Of a DNA stretch of 64,000 nt, positions 12,254 through 22,435 are shown piece by piece (positions within the stretch are counted from its first letter, which is position 1; the number at the start of each line of letters is the position of its first letter). The notes under the pieces are model-generated. The model was given only the letters and a program-made list of their open reading frames with translations. It searched no databases and was not told where the DNA came from. The DNA is from an uncultured delta proteobacterium. Its GTDB lineage: Bacteria; Desulfobacterota; Binatia; UBA9968. The stretch is taken from positions 416,001-480,000 of the forward strand of contig CAVUVW010000013.1 of assembly GCA_963745035.1 (NCBI GenBank). Direction: 5' to 3'. A program made the translations under genes and the position numbers.

Positions 12254-13162
12254 ATGGCCAACATCGGACTCGCCTGGGTCACCGCCGCGCCTCTGACCAA
12301 ACCGGAGAATGTCATCAACTTCGCCAAGCAATGCGAGAAGATGGGCTGTCACTCCATGTGGACCATCGATCGCGTTGCGTACGACAATCTTGAGCCCTTG
12401 ACTATTCTCGCTGCGGCAGCCGGAGCGACGCAGAAAATCCGCCTGGGCACTTCCGTGTTGCTCGCCAATCTGCGTCATCCAAGCCATGTTGCCAAGATCG
12501 TCGCCACCTTGGACTTTATTTCTAATGGCCGCGTCACTCTCGGCCTCGGTTTCGGCAGCCGTGAGAACGATTACAAGGCTGTCGAGGTTCCGTTCGAGCA
12601 CCGCGGCAGCCGGGCGGTAGAGCAGGTGCAGCTTATGAAGCGCCTGTGGACCGAAGACAACGTCACCCACAGGGGCAAATTCTACAACGTCGAGAATCTG
12701 ACCTTGGGACCGCGCCCCATTCAGAAACCTCATCCTCCGATCTGGACCGGCGGCAGCGCCGAGGTCGCGCTCAAACGCGCCGGCACTTGGGCCGATGGTT
12801 TTATCTGCGGCAGCTCGGCGATTCCGGATTTCCCGGCGACCTGGGAAAAGATCAGCGGCTACGCCAAGACTGCCGGACGAGATCCGAACAAAATCACCAA
12901 AGCCGGTCTGACGTTCATGGCGATCAACGATGACCAGGCCAAAGCAGTCAAGACTGTCGAAGACTATGTCATGCGCTACTACGGGCGGCTGCGCGCCGAC
13001 GTCGCCGACACTTCGCTCGTCGGCTCGCCTGCCGCCATCGTCGATCGGATCGGCGCGTTCTTATCTCGCGGCCTCGATACCCTGATTATCGGCGTCGCCG
13101 ATCCCGATCCGCGCCAGCTCGATTTGTTCGGCGAGAAGATATTGCCGCGACTCAAATCGTAA
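12254..13162 (+). CDS. LLM-class flavin-dependent oxidoreductase (luciferase-like)
   Basis: AAAAGATQKIRLGTSVL, ATLDFISNGRVTLGLG, PRPIQKPHPPIWTGG. Confidence 0.9.
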   Translation: MANIGLAWVTAAPLTKPENVINFAKQCEKMGCHSMWTIDRVAYDNLEPLTILAAAAGATQKIRLGTSVLLANLRHPSHVAKIVATLDFISNGRVTLGLGFGSRENDYKAVEVPFEHRGSRAVEQVQLMKRLWTEDNVTHRGKFYNVENLTLGPRPIQKPHPPIWTGGSAEVALKRAGTWADGFICGSSAIPDFPATWEKISGYAKTAGRDPNKITKAGLTFMAINDDQAKAVKTVEDYVMRYYGRLRADVADTSLVGSPAAIVDRIGAFLSRGLDTLIIGVADPDPRQLDLFGEKILPRLKS

Positions 13163-13236
13163 TCATCCGCTCGCGAAACTTGGCGACTAATCGCGGCGTC
13201 GTGCGCAACATGAAGGCCTTAGCTCTCGGCGCTTGT

Positions 13237-13266
13237 TTGACATAATTTCCCGCCGTCGAGTACTCT
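13237..13266 (+). promoter_or_regulatory. Sigma70-like promoter for the DAHP synthase gene
   Basis: TTGACA-N18-TACTCT about 100 bp upstream of the ATG. Confidence 0.55.
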
Positions 13267-13368
13267 GTATGGTGAAATGCGCGATCGCTCTTCCTCGATA
13301 CGCAGCCCATCGGGTTTTCAAAGGACGCTGCTGCGCGATATGAAAAATCTTAGGTTGCAAACCACGCT

Positions 13369-14388
13369 ATGAAAACTGACGATCTTCGTATCGTCAAAAC
13401 CCGGCCGCTCCTCGCGCCCGCCATACTCGCCGAAGAGATTCCCCTCACCGACGCCGCGTCAACGACAGTCTACGAGGCGCGCCGCGCGATCGAGGCGATC
13501 CTCGACTGCAAGAATGACCGGCTTCTCGTCGTTGTCGGGCCTTGCTCGGTGCATGACACCAAAGCCGCTCTGGAATACGCAACCAAGCTCAAACCAATCG
13601 CGGACGCACTATCCGATTCGCTACTCGTGGTCATGCGCGTCTACTTCGAAAAGCCGCGGACAGTCGTCGGCTGGAAGGGCCTCATCAACGACCCGGATCT
13701 CAATGAGTCCTACCACATTAACAAAGGCTTGCGCCTCGCTCGAAGATTGCTGGCTGATATTTTGGAGCTTGGGGTTCCTGCCGGCACTGAGTTTCTCGAT
13801 ACGACTTTTGGTCAGTTCTATGCCGATCTCATCAGTTGGGGCGCGATCGGCGCCCGCACCGCGGAGAGCCAGATACACCGCGAGCTCGCGTCGGGCTTGT
13901 CGATGCCGGTCGGCATAAAAAATCGCACCGACGGTAACGTCCAGGTGGCCGTGGACGCGATACTCGCCGCACGTAGCCGCCACCTCTTCCCATCCCTCAC
14001 CAAGGAAGGCGCGCCCGCCATTCTGGAAACCACCGGCAATCCTTACGCTCATCTCGTGCTCCGTGGCGGAAGTGAGACCGGGCCCAATTTCGATGCCGCC
14101 TCGATTGAAGGCGCGATTCGCCTGCTTCGCGCCGCCCAGCTTCCAGAGATCCTCATGGTGGACTGCAGCCACGGCAATAGCGAAAAGGATGCAGCACGGC
14201 AGATCGATGTGGCGGATGCGATTATACAAACCTTGAAAGATTCACCGATCCGCGCGCTCATGATCGAGAGCCACCTTGTGGCCGGCCGTCAGAATGCCCC
14301 CGTAACGTACGGCCAGAGCATCACCGATGCATGTCTCGGCTTCGAGGAAACGGAAGCCTTACTCTATCGCCTTGCCGGCGCCGTCTAG
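13369..14388 (+). CDS. aroG: 3-deoxy-7-phosphoheptulonate (DAHP) synthase, class I-alpha (AroG/F/H type)
   Basis: VVGPCSVHD, MRVYFEKPRTVVGWKGLINDP, IGARTAESQIHRELASGLS, DCSHGNS, YGQSITDAC; isoenzyme identity not resolvable. Confidence 0.92.
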   Translation: MKTDDLRIVKTRPLLAPAILAEEIPLTDAASTTVYEARRAIEAILDCKNDRLLVVVGPCSVHDTKAALEYATKLKPIADALSDSLLVVMRVYFEKPRTVVGWKGLINDPDLNESYHINKGLRLARRLLADILELGVPAGTEFLDTTFGQFYADLISWGAIGARTAESQIHRELASGLSMPVGIKNRTDGNVQVAVDAILAARSRHLFPSLTKEGAPAILETTGNPYAHLVLRGGSETGPNFDAASIEGAIRLLRAAQLPEILMVDCSHGNSEKDAARQIDVADAIIQTLKDSPIRALMIESHLVAGRQNAPVTYGQSITDACLGFEETEALLYRLAGAV

Positions 14389-14444
14389 ACGCGCGCTGTG
14401 GCCTCACGTATTTACTTCCTCCGAATTTTAATTGCCATAGTGCT

Positions 14445-14725
14445 CGTTCAACCGGATCGTTTGCGCACCCGCATCATCTTGTGGACTGAGGAAGAGACCC
14501 GACTGGGTCATCTTCCGCCGAAATCGGGAAGTGTTCTCGAAGCCGTGCTCTATCGCGGCGAGCTGCCGCGGGGCGACGTAGCCAAGATCTTCGGCACCGG
14601 TGACCGCCAAGCGCGCCGTATTGTTTCGGCGTTAGTCGAGAAGGGAGTTCTTACGTCTGAAGGCCCGCGCGCGCAGCTACGCCTGGCGTTCCCAGCCGCA
14701 CTGGCGCCGCGCTGGATGCCAGGGC
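14445..14725 (+). pseudogene. C-terminal remnant of a Fic-family protein (wHTH region)
   Basis: PDRLRTRI..LEAVLYRGELPRGDV..GDRQARRIVSAL..LRLAFPAALAPRWMPG resembles Fic C-termini; no Fic catalytic motif or N-terminus. Confidence 0.6.
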
Positions 14726-14776
14726 CAATGTTTGGGGTTGAACGATTCGAGCGTTCTCATGTAGCCTGATTCCCTC

Positions 14777-15577
14777 ATGCGTCTAGAAGGAAAGACCGCC
14801 GTTGTCATCGGTGCCGGTCAGGGCCCGGGCGAGGGGATGGGCAACGGGCGCGCCACGGTGCTGCGGTTTACGCAGGAAGGCGCCAAAGTCATGGCTGTCG
14901 ATCGCGAGCTCCGATCCGCCGAGGAAACCGTGTCGATGGTCAAGCAGAGCGGTGGCGAATGCGTCGCCTTCGAGGCCGATGTCACCAGGGAATCGACCCT
15001 TGCCGCCGCCCTGGCGGCGGCGGAGCAGCGCTGGGGCCGCATCGATATTCTGCATTACAACGTCGGCGTCAGCATCGCCGGCGGCGATGCGCCGCTGCTC
15101 GAGTTCACCGAGGAGGCCTTCGACCGCATCAGCGCTATCAATCTGCGCGGCGCGATCATGGCCTGCAAGCACGTCATTCCGATCATGCGACAGCAGCGCG
15201 CGGGCGCCATCACCATGATCTCTTCGCTGGCCGCGCTCGAGAACTATCCGTTTGTCGCCTACAAGGCGACCAAGGCGGCGCTGATCGCGTTTACCAAGCA
15301 GGTCGCCATCCAGAACGCCGAGTTTGGTATTCGCGCCAACGTGATCCTGCCCGGCCTGATCGACACGCCCATGGCGGTCGACACGCGCGCCCGCGTGAGC
15401 GGCAAGAGCCGCGCCCAGGTCGCGGCGGAGCGCGACGCCCGCGTACCGCTGCGCCGCAAGATGGGTACGGCTTGGGACGTGGCCAATGCGGCGCTGTTTC
15501 TCGCCTCCGATGAGGCCAACTTCATCACCGGAGTGGCGCTTCTCGTCGACGGTGGCGGCGCGCTCAACGTCGGTTAA
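14777..15577 (+). CDS. SDR family oxidoreductase
   Basis: LEGKTAVVIGAG..GNG, YKATK catalytic motif, IRANVILPG, FLASDEANFITG. Confidence 0.92.
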   Translation: MRLEGKTAVVIGAGQGPGEGMGNGRATVLRFTQEGAKVMAVDRELRSAEETVSMVKQSGGECVAFEADVTRESTLAAALAAAEQRWGRIDILHYNVGVSIAGGDAPLLEFTEEAFDRISAINLRGAIMACKHVIPIMRQQRAGAITMISSLAALENYPFVAYKATKAALIAFTKQVAIQNAEFGIRANVILPGLIDTPMAVDTRARVSGKSRAQVAAERDARVPLRRKMGTAWDVANAALFLASDEANFITGVALLVDGGGALNVG

Positions 15578-15623
15578 GTTCCTGAAAACAAGAGTTCAAA
15601 GTTGATGGGTCGGAATTCCGTCC

Positions 15624-15650
15624 TTGAACCTGGAACATTGAACCTTGAAC
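15624..15650. repeat. Four 7-bp-period TTGAAC/TGGAAC tandem repeats
   Basis: Copies at 15624, 15631, 15638, 15645, preceded by an inverted GTTCAAAGTT and followed by a GGAGG RBS. Confidence 0.75.
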
Positions 15651-15669
15651 GAACCGATTGGAGGCGATT

Positions 15670-16659
15670 ATGAAAGCAATGCCTTGCAAAGTTATTGCTC
15701 TTGGCTTTGTCCTGATTTTCGGTCTTCCTGGCGCGTCTCGGGCGCAAAAACTCGTGGTCGGCTATTCCGGAATCACCGCGATACAAGCCCCCTTCTGGAT
15801 CATGAACGATGCCGGCTACTTCAAGCAGGAGGGTTTGGAAGCGAATCTCGTTTATATCGCCGCCTCATCGACTATGGCGCAGGCGATGATGGCCGGGGAA
15901 GTCGCGATCTCTACGGCTAACAGTCAGGCGATCATAGACACCGGCATTCAGGGGGGCGATCTCGTGGCGGTCGGCGCGATTGTTAATTTCGTCGCTCTGT
16001 ACGTGATAGCAGCGCCGGAGATCAAGAGCGTTCAAGATCTCAGAGGCAAGCCTGTGGGAGTTACGCGCTTTGGCGCGACCACGGACTTTGCGATGCAAAT
16101 GTTTCTCAAAAAATACGGTCTGGAGCCGGTCCGCGACGTGCCGATCATCCAGATCGGCGGATTGCCGGAGTTGGCCGCGGGCTTGTCGAATAAATCCATC
16201 TATGCCGCGGCCATGTCCTATCCCATGGGCTTGGTGGCTCAACAGGCCGGGATGAAGATGCTGGCCAATTTAGCCAAGGAGGGGATTCCCTTTGTGCATC
16301 AAGGCCTGACGACCACGGGCAAATTTCTGCGCGAACGCAGGGCCCAGGCCAAAGCGTTCGTGCGCGCTTACGGCAAGGCCGTTCACTTCATGCACACGCG
16401 CAAAGAGGAATCGAAGGCGATTGTTTCCCGCTACACTAAGGTCACGGATCCGGCCATGCTCGCGGGCACCATGCAATACGCCTACGATTTCGTCGAGAAG
16501 ATCCCACTAGTCAAGCGCGAGGCGTTTCAGGTGACCGCCGATGAGATCGGCAAGAAAAATCCCAAGGCCAAGCAAGCAAAGGTGGAGCAGTTCTATGACA
16601 ACAGCTTGGTGCAGGAGTTGATCAACGAGGGCTTTTTCACCTCGCTATGGGGAAAATAA
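15670..16659 (+). CDS. ABC transporter substrate-binding protein (NMT1/SsuA-like), orphan
   Basis: Signal peptide, GYFKQEGLE, DLRGKPVGVTRFGATTD, YDNSLVQELINEGF. Confidence 0.85.
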   Translation: MKAMPCKVIALGFVLIFGLPGASRAQKLVVGYSGITAIQAPFWIMNDAGYFKQEGLEANLVYIAASSTMAQAMMAGEVAISTANSQAIIDTGIQGGDLVAVGAIVNFVALYVIAAPEIKSVQDLRGKPVGVTRFGATTDFAMQMFLKKYGLEPVRDVPIIQIGGLPELAAGLSNKSIYAAAMSYPMGLVAQQAGMKMLANLAKEGIPFVHQGLTTTGKFLRERRAQAKAFVRAYGKAVHFMHTRKEESKAIVSRYTKVTDPAMLAGTMQYAYDFVEKIPLVKREAFQVTADEIGKKNPKAKQAKVEQFYDNSLVQELINEGFFTSLWGK

Positions 16660-16754
16660 GAGCTAAAAGCGGATTTGATCTCTTTTAGTGACTGGCTAAG
16701 CTCGTTGGACCTCGGAGTTGAATTCAAAAACTATGTTCAGAGCAGGAGGGCGTT

Positions 16755-17819
16755 ATGAAAAAACGGACTCTCGCAGGCGAATATTTTCTCCTGCTCCTCG
16801 TCGCTCTAAACGTTGCCTCGGTTTCCCTAGGCCACGCGCAAAGCGAGTCCTTCTATAAGGGAAAGACCCTCAAAGTCGTGGTCGGAACCACTGCAGGTTC
16901 TCTTTATGATATCTGGGCGCGCACGGTTGCCGCCCATTTGCCGAGGCACATCCCCGGCAATCCGGATGCGCTCACTCAGAACATGCCTGGAGCCGGCCAC
17001 AAGATTGCCACCAATTACATGTACAATGTGGCCAAGCCCGACGGCCTGACGATCATCGGATCGATCTTACCGGGAGTGTACATGGACCAGCTCGCGGGGC
17101 GGCCGGAGGTCAAATATGACTGGGCAAAGTTTGTCTGGATTGGCTCACCGGTCAAGAGTGAATCCCAGATGACCATGCGCGCGGACGCGCCCTACAAATC
17201 GATCGACGACATACGCAAGGCCAAAGAGCCGCCGCGCTGCGGCAGCACCGGCACTTCCGGCACAGACTATATGCTGTCGCGGCTTCTCGAAGATATTATG
17301 CCGCCCCTCAAGATCCACTCCGTGCTGGGATATCCGGGCGGGCCGGAGCTCGATCTCGGCATTGAGCGAAACGAGATACAGTGCCGGACCTTTACGATCG
17401 AAACGTTTTTCGCGCGCGAGCCTTATATTACGTGGAAAAAGAAGGGCTTCGTTCGCAATGTCTATCAAACAGGTTTCAAACGCGATCCGCGCTTGGCCGA
17501 TGTGCCGACGCTGTATGAGGTCATGGACGGTTATAAGATACCCGAGGCTGGTCGGCGCCTGGCGAGCGTGATCCTCGCCAACGGCACTCTGGGCAGGCCG
17601 ATATTCACTTCCCCCGGGACGCCACCGGATCGGGTGAAGATGCTGCGCGAAGCCTTTGGAAAGATGGTCAAGGACCCGGCTTTTCTGGAAGATGTCAAGA
17701 AAAACAACTTCGAGCTCGATCCGATCAGCGGCGAAGAGATGGAAGTCATCGTCAAAGAGGTCATGACACAACCGGCGGAGACCATCGCCCGCTTAAAAAA
17801 AATTCTGTTACAACAATGA
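16755..17819 (+). CDS. Tripartite tricarboxylate transporter substrate-binding protein (Bug/TctC-like), orphan
   Basis: FYKGKT.K.VVG, HIPGNP..QNMPGAG, KPDGLTI, PGTPPDRVKMLREAF. Confidence 0.85.
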   Translation: MKKRTLAGEYFLLLLVALNVASVSLGHAQSESFYKGKTLKVVVGTTAGSLYDIWARTVAAHLPRHIPGNPDALTQNMPGAGHKIATNYMYNVAKPDGLTIIGSILPGVYMDQLAGRPEVKYDWAKFVWIGSPVKSESQMTMRADAPYKSIDDIRKAKEPPRCGSTGTSGTDYMLSRLLEDIMPPLKIHSVLGYPGGPELDLGIERNEIQCRTFTIETFFAREPYITWKKKGFVRNVYQTGFKRDPRLADVPTLYEVMDGYKIPEAGRRLASVILANGTLGRPIFTSPGTPPDRVKMLREAFGKMVKDPAFLEDVKKNNFELDPISGEEMEVIVKEVMTQPAETIARLKKILLQQ

Positions 17820-18031
17820 AATGGGATGCGCGGTAAAGAGCAAAGCAACATGGTCCAGCAAAGGTGCTATTACCTGTGATTTATGAAGAGCCGCGACGGG
17901 GTTCTGCTATAATAATAATGGTAGACCCTGGTCTCTTTCTCTGGTCTCTGCCCAATCTCTTTCCTTGGTCAGCCATTGAGGGTCACGTCGTGCGGCGATG
18001 CTAATTCCACCCTCCGCCTACGAATCGACTG

Positions 18032-18064
18032 GTTCCAGTCGTTCCAAACGTTCCACTCGTTTAA
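18032..18064. repeat. Four 9-bp-period GTTCCA/GTTTAA tandem repeats
   Basis: Copies at 18032, 18041, 18050, 18059; reverse complement of the 12205 family. Confidence 0.72.
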
Positions 18065-18138
18065 GAGTCGGACCCTGAATGAGTAGACACTTTCGCGTGT
18101 AAACGCGTGAGCGGAAAGACCACGATAAATCGCCCGGC

Positions 18139-18750
18139 TCATTTTGCCGCGAAGCAGTAAATCGGCCAGCTCCTCCGCGCGGAGCGGCATCGGCGCAGCT
18201 GCCGTTTTCATGCGACGAGTTCCAGATGGCGTATCTGCCGGTCGGGTCGCCCATAGCCCAAGCCGTCGGAATGACCCACCTGAGCCTGGTGGTCTGAAGC
18301 CTCCGATGTCCAAATCGTTGCACGTCCTTCCAGCCATGACCTTACCATCGGCCGTCGAGCCGGTCAGAATGTCGTGCGCGTTGGGTCTCGGTGAATCCGG
18401 CCACTGGCCGGGAACGCGCTGGCCGCGCTCGTCGAGAAACACATCCGCGTCTCCTTTGCGGGCGTGCAGCTCGCCAAGATCCTTGGCGACCACGACGCCT
18501 TTAGCATTTGAACAGGGACCCGTGCCGATGCGGCTGCGCGTCGGTCGGCTTGTTGCCGTTGTCGGGATCTTTCTCCGCACTCAAGTAGGCGCGCCAGGCC
18601 TTGTTGCCGAGACCGACGGCGCTCGCCAGGTCCTGGCAAATCTTATCCGCTCCGCGCAGCCCGCCCAGGTTGGCCGTCTTGCTCCCGGTGCTGGTGACAA
18701 AAAAGCTCATGGCAGGATTGGCCTGGGCGCCTTCAGCGCCGATCGCTAAA
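18139..18750 (-). pseudogene. Degraded lectin-like (endostatin/C-type lectin fold) secreted protein
   Basis: MSFFVTS.G..NLGGLRGADKICQDLA, WRAYLS, HDILTGS, TCNDW, GHSD, WNSSH, G..YCFA pieced across frames; mixed insertions and deletions, 5' end truncated. Confidence 0.7.
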
Positions 18751-19025
18751 AATTTAGCACGCCTCGATAGCCGCGGAGTTTTCTAGCCGGTCAAAAGCGA
18801 CTGCACGAAACTTAAAAAGTAACGAGAATGGCTGGAAAACACCTCTTCAGAAACCATCTGAGGCACCATTGATTTTTCAAAGACACTTCGCAAGATAGAA
18901 GCTGCCCCACGGGTCGGAAGTCTTTTCACAACTCCGCGCGGGGTCACGCTGCGGCAGTGGGGCGTGAGTATTGACTAACTTCCCGCATTTCGCCGGCCAA
19001 GATTTGATGCCGCTACCGATGCCAA

Positions 19026-19754
19026 TCAGTAACTGGGTGAAATCGACCGCATAGAGAGCGCGGCAGCGCTGGTCTTCGTTTCCGTCAAGAGGCCGCCCAA
19101 CTTTCTAAGCTTGTAGTGTGCCGATCCATACACCAATCCCTCGTCTAAGCGGCAACCTAGGCCAACCGTCAACAGCAGTTGGCTGTGATATTCCATATCC
19201 ATCTTGTGCTCGATCTCGACGTGATAGCCGTCGATGAGGCCCGCCGGCGTGCTGAACTGCGACCGTGAAATTCGTTTTACTGAATGGGTCACACGGCCGG
19301 TGCGTTTGAGCTTGCCGGTCTCGATGCTATACATTTTGTACCCCGTCTGGCGCACACCGGCGCCGGCGGCGGCGATCTCGGCCGGCAGCACGTGCAGCGC
19401 CGGTTCGTAGATGACGTAGCTCTTGCTGTTGAACAGATCGAGCCGATCCATAATCAGGGCGCCCGAGCTGCTGCGCAGGGAGATACGCCCGTAATCGCCG
19501 AAGCTGAGCTTCCATCTTTTTTCATCCGTTGGATCAGCCTGAAACGTCAGCGGCACCAGTCTTCCCTGGTCCTTGCCGTCTATAATCTTGAATTCCTTCT
19601 GCGAGCTGGTGAGCGGTATCAGCTTACTGGCGGTAATGTGCTGCGGTAGGGGTAGCTGGGGTGCGATGCCGGCAAGGGTGGCCGTGGAAATCAAAAGCGC
19701 AACAGCGAAAACGATAAGGCGTGCACAATGCATCGGTTGCCGATGCTCCTTCAA
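19026..19754 (-). CDS. Hypothetical secreted protein
   Basis: 242-aa ORF with signal peptide (LIVFAVALLISTATLA); no recognised family. Confidence 0.65.
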   Translation of the reverse strand: MKEHRQPMHCARLIVFAVALLISTATLAGIAPQLPLPQHITASKLIPLTSSQKEFKIIDGKDQGRLVPLTFQADPTDEKRWKLSFGDYGRISLRSSSGALIMDRLDLFNSKSYVIYEPALHVLPAEIAAAGAGVRQTGYKMYSIETGKLKRTGRVTHSVKRISRSQFSTPAGLIDGYHVEIEHKMDMEYHSQLLLTVGLGCRLDEGLVYGSAHYKLRKLGGLLTETKTSAAALSMRSISPSY

Positions 19755-20033
19755 ATAAAATTACAAAGGCGCTGGAGCAAGAAACAACCGCTTCCGAGTC
19801 ACCGCTGTATCCTTCAGTGTATCGGGATAAAAGCAGAATGGAAGTAGGGGGTCGAGCGGAATGCCCCATGGCGGAACACGAGGGAAGCGACGTGTAGGTC
19901 AGTCGTGAGACTGACTAGCTTCCGCATCTCGCCGGCCAGAATCTCATTGACAGCGCCGGATACGGTGGTCCTTTTTCCTCGGCGGTCTTTGCCCAGTCCA
20001 ACTCGAGCCTCAGCTCGTAGATCATAGATTACT

Positions 20034-21872
20034 TTAGCGGGCGGCATTTCGCCCCTTTCGTGGCTTCTTGCGGGCTCGCAGCTTCGAAAGGAACCGCGCT
20101 GAGCGGCCGAAGCTCTTTTGCAGCGATTCATCGCGGACCAGGCGCGCACCCTCGGGGTGGTATTCCAGCACGAGCTTGCGCGTATGAAATGCTTCGAGCT
20201 CGGCGCGGTGGCCCACGCTGATGACGGTGGCTTCAGGGAGCCGCTCCAGCACGAGTTGCATCAACTGTTGCTGGCTCAAGGGATCGAGAGCGGCGGTCGC
20301 CTCGTCCATCACGATCGTTATTGGACGCTGAATGAGGGCACGGGCGAACGCAAGCCGCTGTTTTTCGCCTCCGGAGAGCACATGCTCCCAGCCCGTGTCT
20401 TCATCGAGGCGGTCGAGAAAATGACCCAAGCCGACTTCTTCAACTGTTTTACGGACCAACGCGTCCTCAACGTCTTCAGGCGACAGAGGATAGGTCACCG
20501 CGCGGCGCAGTGTTCCGAGCGGCACGTAGGGCTGCTGCGGCATTAGAAACAATCCTTCGAACTTGATGCGGATCTCTCCCGTACCCCACGGCCACAAGCC
20601 GGCGATCGCCCGCACCAGCGTGCTCTTGCCCGTGCCGGATTCGCCGACGACCAGCACCTTCTCGCCGGGGGTAATCTCGATATCGGCTTCGTTCACCACC
20701 GCGCTACCATCGTCCAAGGTCACCGAAAGGTCGCGCAGCCGCAGCGCTCCATCCTCGGCTGGATTGCGCACGATTCGGCCGGTCGCTTCTTCGCGGTCCG
20801 CCCGCTCTAAACGGTCGAGCGAAACCAACAAGGAGGCAAGCCGGCACGCCGACGCGGTCCAATCGGCAAGCCGTGGATAATTCTCAACCAGCCAATTGAA
20901 GGCGACCTGCACGATCATGAACGCCGAAGCGGCCTGCATGACTTCGCCTAGGGTCATGGTGCCGGCGACGTACTTCGGGGCGCAGAGGAGGATCGGAATG
21001 ACCGGCGCGAGGCCGTAACTGGCCTGTGAGACAACCGTCGTGCGGATGTACTGCATCATCAGCTCGCGCCAACGCTTGCGGACAGTAGTGAATGCCTCAT
21101 CGAGGCCGACGCGCTCTTCAGCCTCGCCGCCGAGCATCGCGATACTCTCGCCATTTTCGCGCAGGCGTGTGAACACGTAGCGGTAATCGGCTTCCGCCTG
21201 GTTTTTATTCTCGGAGACGACGACGAAGCCGCGGGCGATCATGACCATCGATCCGCTGGCCAGCAGCGCGTAGATGAACGCGGCGATCACCAGGAACCCC
21301 GGCAAGCGGAGCACGGTATTTCCAAGCGGAATCGCGAGCTCGCCGCCGATGAACCAAAGCACGCCGATGAAGACGATCGCCGAGCTGACGGCAGAGAAAA
21401 CGCCGATGGCAAATTCCACCGGCGCCTCGACGCCGAGGCGCAGATCCTCCGCTACGCGATATTCCGGATTGCTGTGATCACCCGGAACCAAGTTGAGCTG
21501 ATAGTAGCGTCCGCTGGTGAGCCACTGATCGAGCACGTGCGCGTTGAGCCAATCGCGCCACCTGCGCTGCAGGGTCATTTTCGCGTAGGTCGCCCCCGCG
21601 GCCACGGCGACGACGGCGAAAATCAGAGGGAAAAAGACTACGGTTTGGTACAGCACGCCGCTGCCATCGCGTTGATCGAGCGCATCGAACATGCCGCGGT
21701 GCCATACGTTCAGCCGGTACTGAATGCCGAGATTCACCAGCGCAATGGTGATGACCGTGAAGGTCAGCAACCAGGCCGTCTGCCCGCCGCCTTTGCGCCA
21801 GAAGCCCAGGGCCGCTTCCCAAAAACGCGCGAGCAGGTATTGCCTGGTTTGTTGTTCCTCGTCTTCAGACAT
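20034..21872 (-). CDS. Fused ABC transporter permease/ATPase (YddA/ABCD-like)
   Basis: TM domain with NPEYRVAED, RLRENGESIA; Walker A GESGTGKS, AGLWPWG, LSGGEKQRLAFAR, DEATAALD. Confidence 0.9.
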   Translation of the reverse strand: MSEDEEQQTRQYLLARFWEAALGFWRKGGGQTAWLLTFTVITIALVNLGIQYRLNVWHRGMFDALDQRDGSGVLYQTVVFFPLIFAVVAVAAGATYAKMTLQRRWRDWLNAHVLDQWLTSGRYYQLNLVPGDHSNPEYRVAEDLRLGVEAPVEFAIGVFSAVSSAIVFIGVLWFIGGELAIPLGNTVLRLPGFLVIAAFIYALLASGSMVMIARGFVVVSENKNQAEADYRYVFTRLRENGESIAMLGGEAEERVGLDEAFTTVRKRWRELMMQYIRTTVVSQASYGLAPVIPILLCAPKYVAGTMTLGEVMQAASAFMIVQVAFNWLVENYPRLADWTASACRLASLLVSLDRLERADREEATGRIVRNPAEDGALRLRDLSVTLDDGSAVVNEADIEITPGEKVLVVGESGTGKSTLVRAIAGLWPWGTGEIRIKFEGLFLMPQQPYVPLGTLRRAVTYPLSPEDVEDALVRKTVEEVGLGHFLDRLDEDTGWEHVLSGGEKQRLAFARALIQRPITIVMDEATAALDPLSQQQLMQLVLERLPEATVISVGHRAELEAFHTRKLVLEYHPEGARLVRDESLQKSFGRSARFLSKLRARKKPRKGRNAAR

Positions 21873-22435
21873 CGTGAAAACTTTTCTTGCCGGCGTATCC
21901 ACGCGCCACATGCACTGGCGCCGGACTAGCGTTGGTAGCCCTCATTCTACATCCTGTCACCTCCGTAGGGCCCTCACCACACATATCCCCGTCAGGGTTC
22001 ACACAAGGTTGGGGAGCATAAGAGCAACGCCCACATCATGCCGATTTCAGATCTGGGACACACGTTCCGACTTCAACCTATGTGAACGATATTCCAATCT
22101 CGAATTTTGAAGGCAAACAGACCCTTGCGGATTTGATCCTGGCAGCGAAAGGCTATGTACGCTGGCATAAACGTTGCCGCCCCGAGATAGTGGAGATGAA
22201 CGGGGCCCGAAGGCCGGCGAAGGGGCGGTGATTCACCACTCTTCCGGCGAAGCAGAATTCGATGGTTCATCGGGAAGCGTCCCACCTCCAAGCAAGGACG
22301 CCGATCGCGATCTGCCATACCCGCAGAAAAAATCTGCTGATTAGGCTCGCCCCTGTATACGTGTTCGTGTAGCGTGGTTGTATTGGTTTCACGGCCACGT
22401 TTGACGAATACGCCTTACTTTCCGTGGGCTAAGCG

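Noticed and set aside
12205-18064. CRISPR or iteron arrays
   Set aside because: Repeat units are 7-9 bp with no unique spacers, and no cas or rep genes are present.
21912-22435. Gene or ncRNA in the 520-bp spacer before the primase-polymerase
   Set aside because: Short ORFs lack RBS or recognisable motifs and I found no convincing structure; it may be decayed coding DNA.
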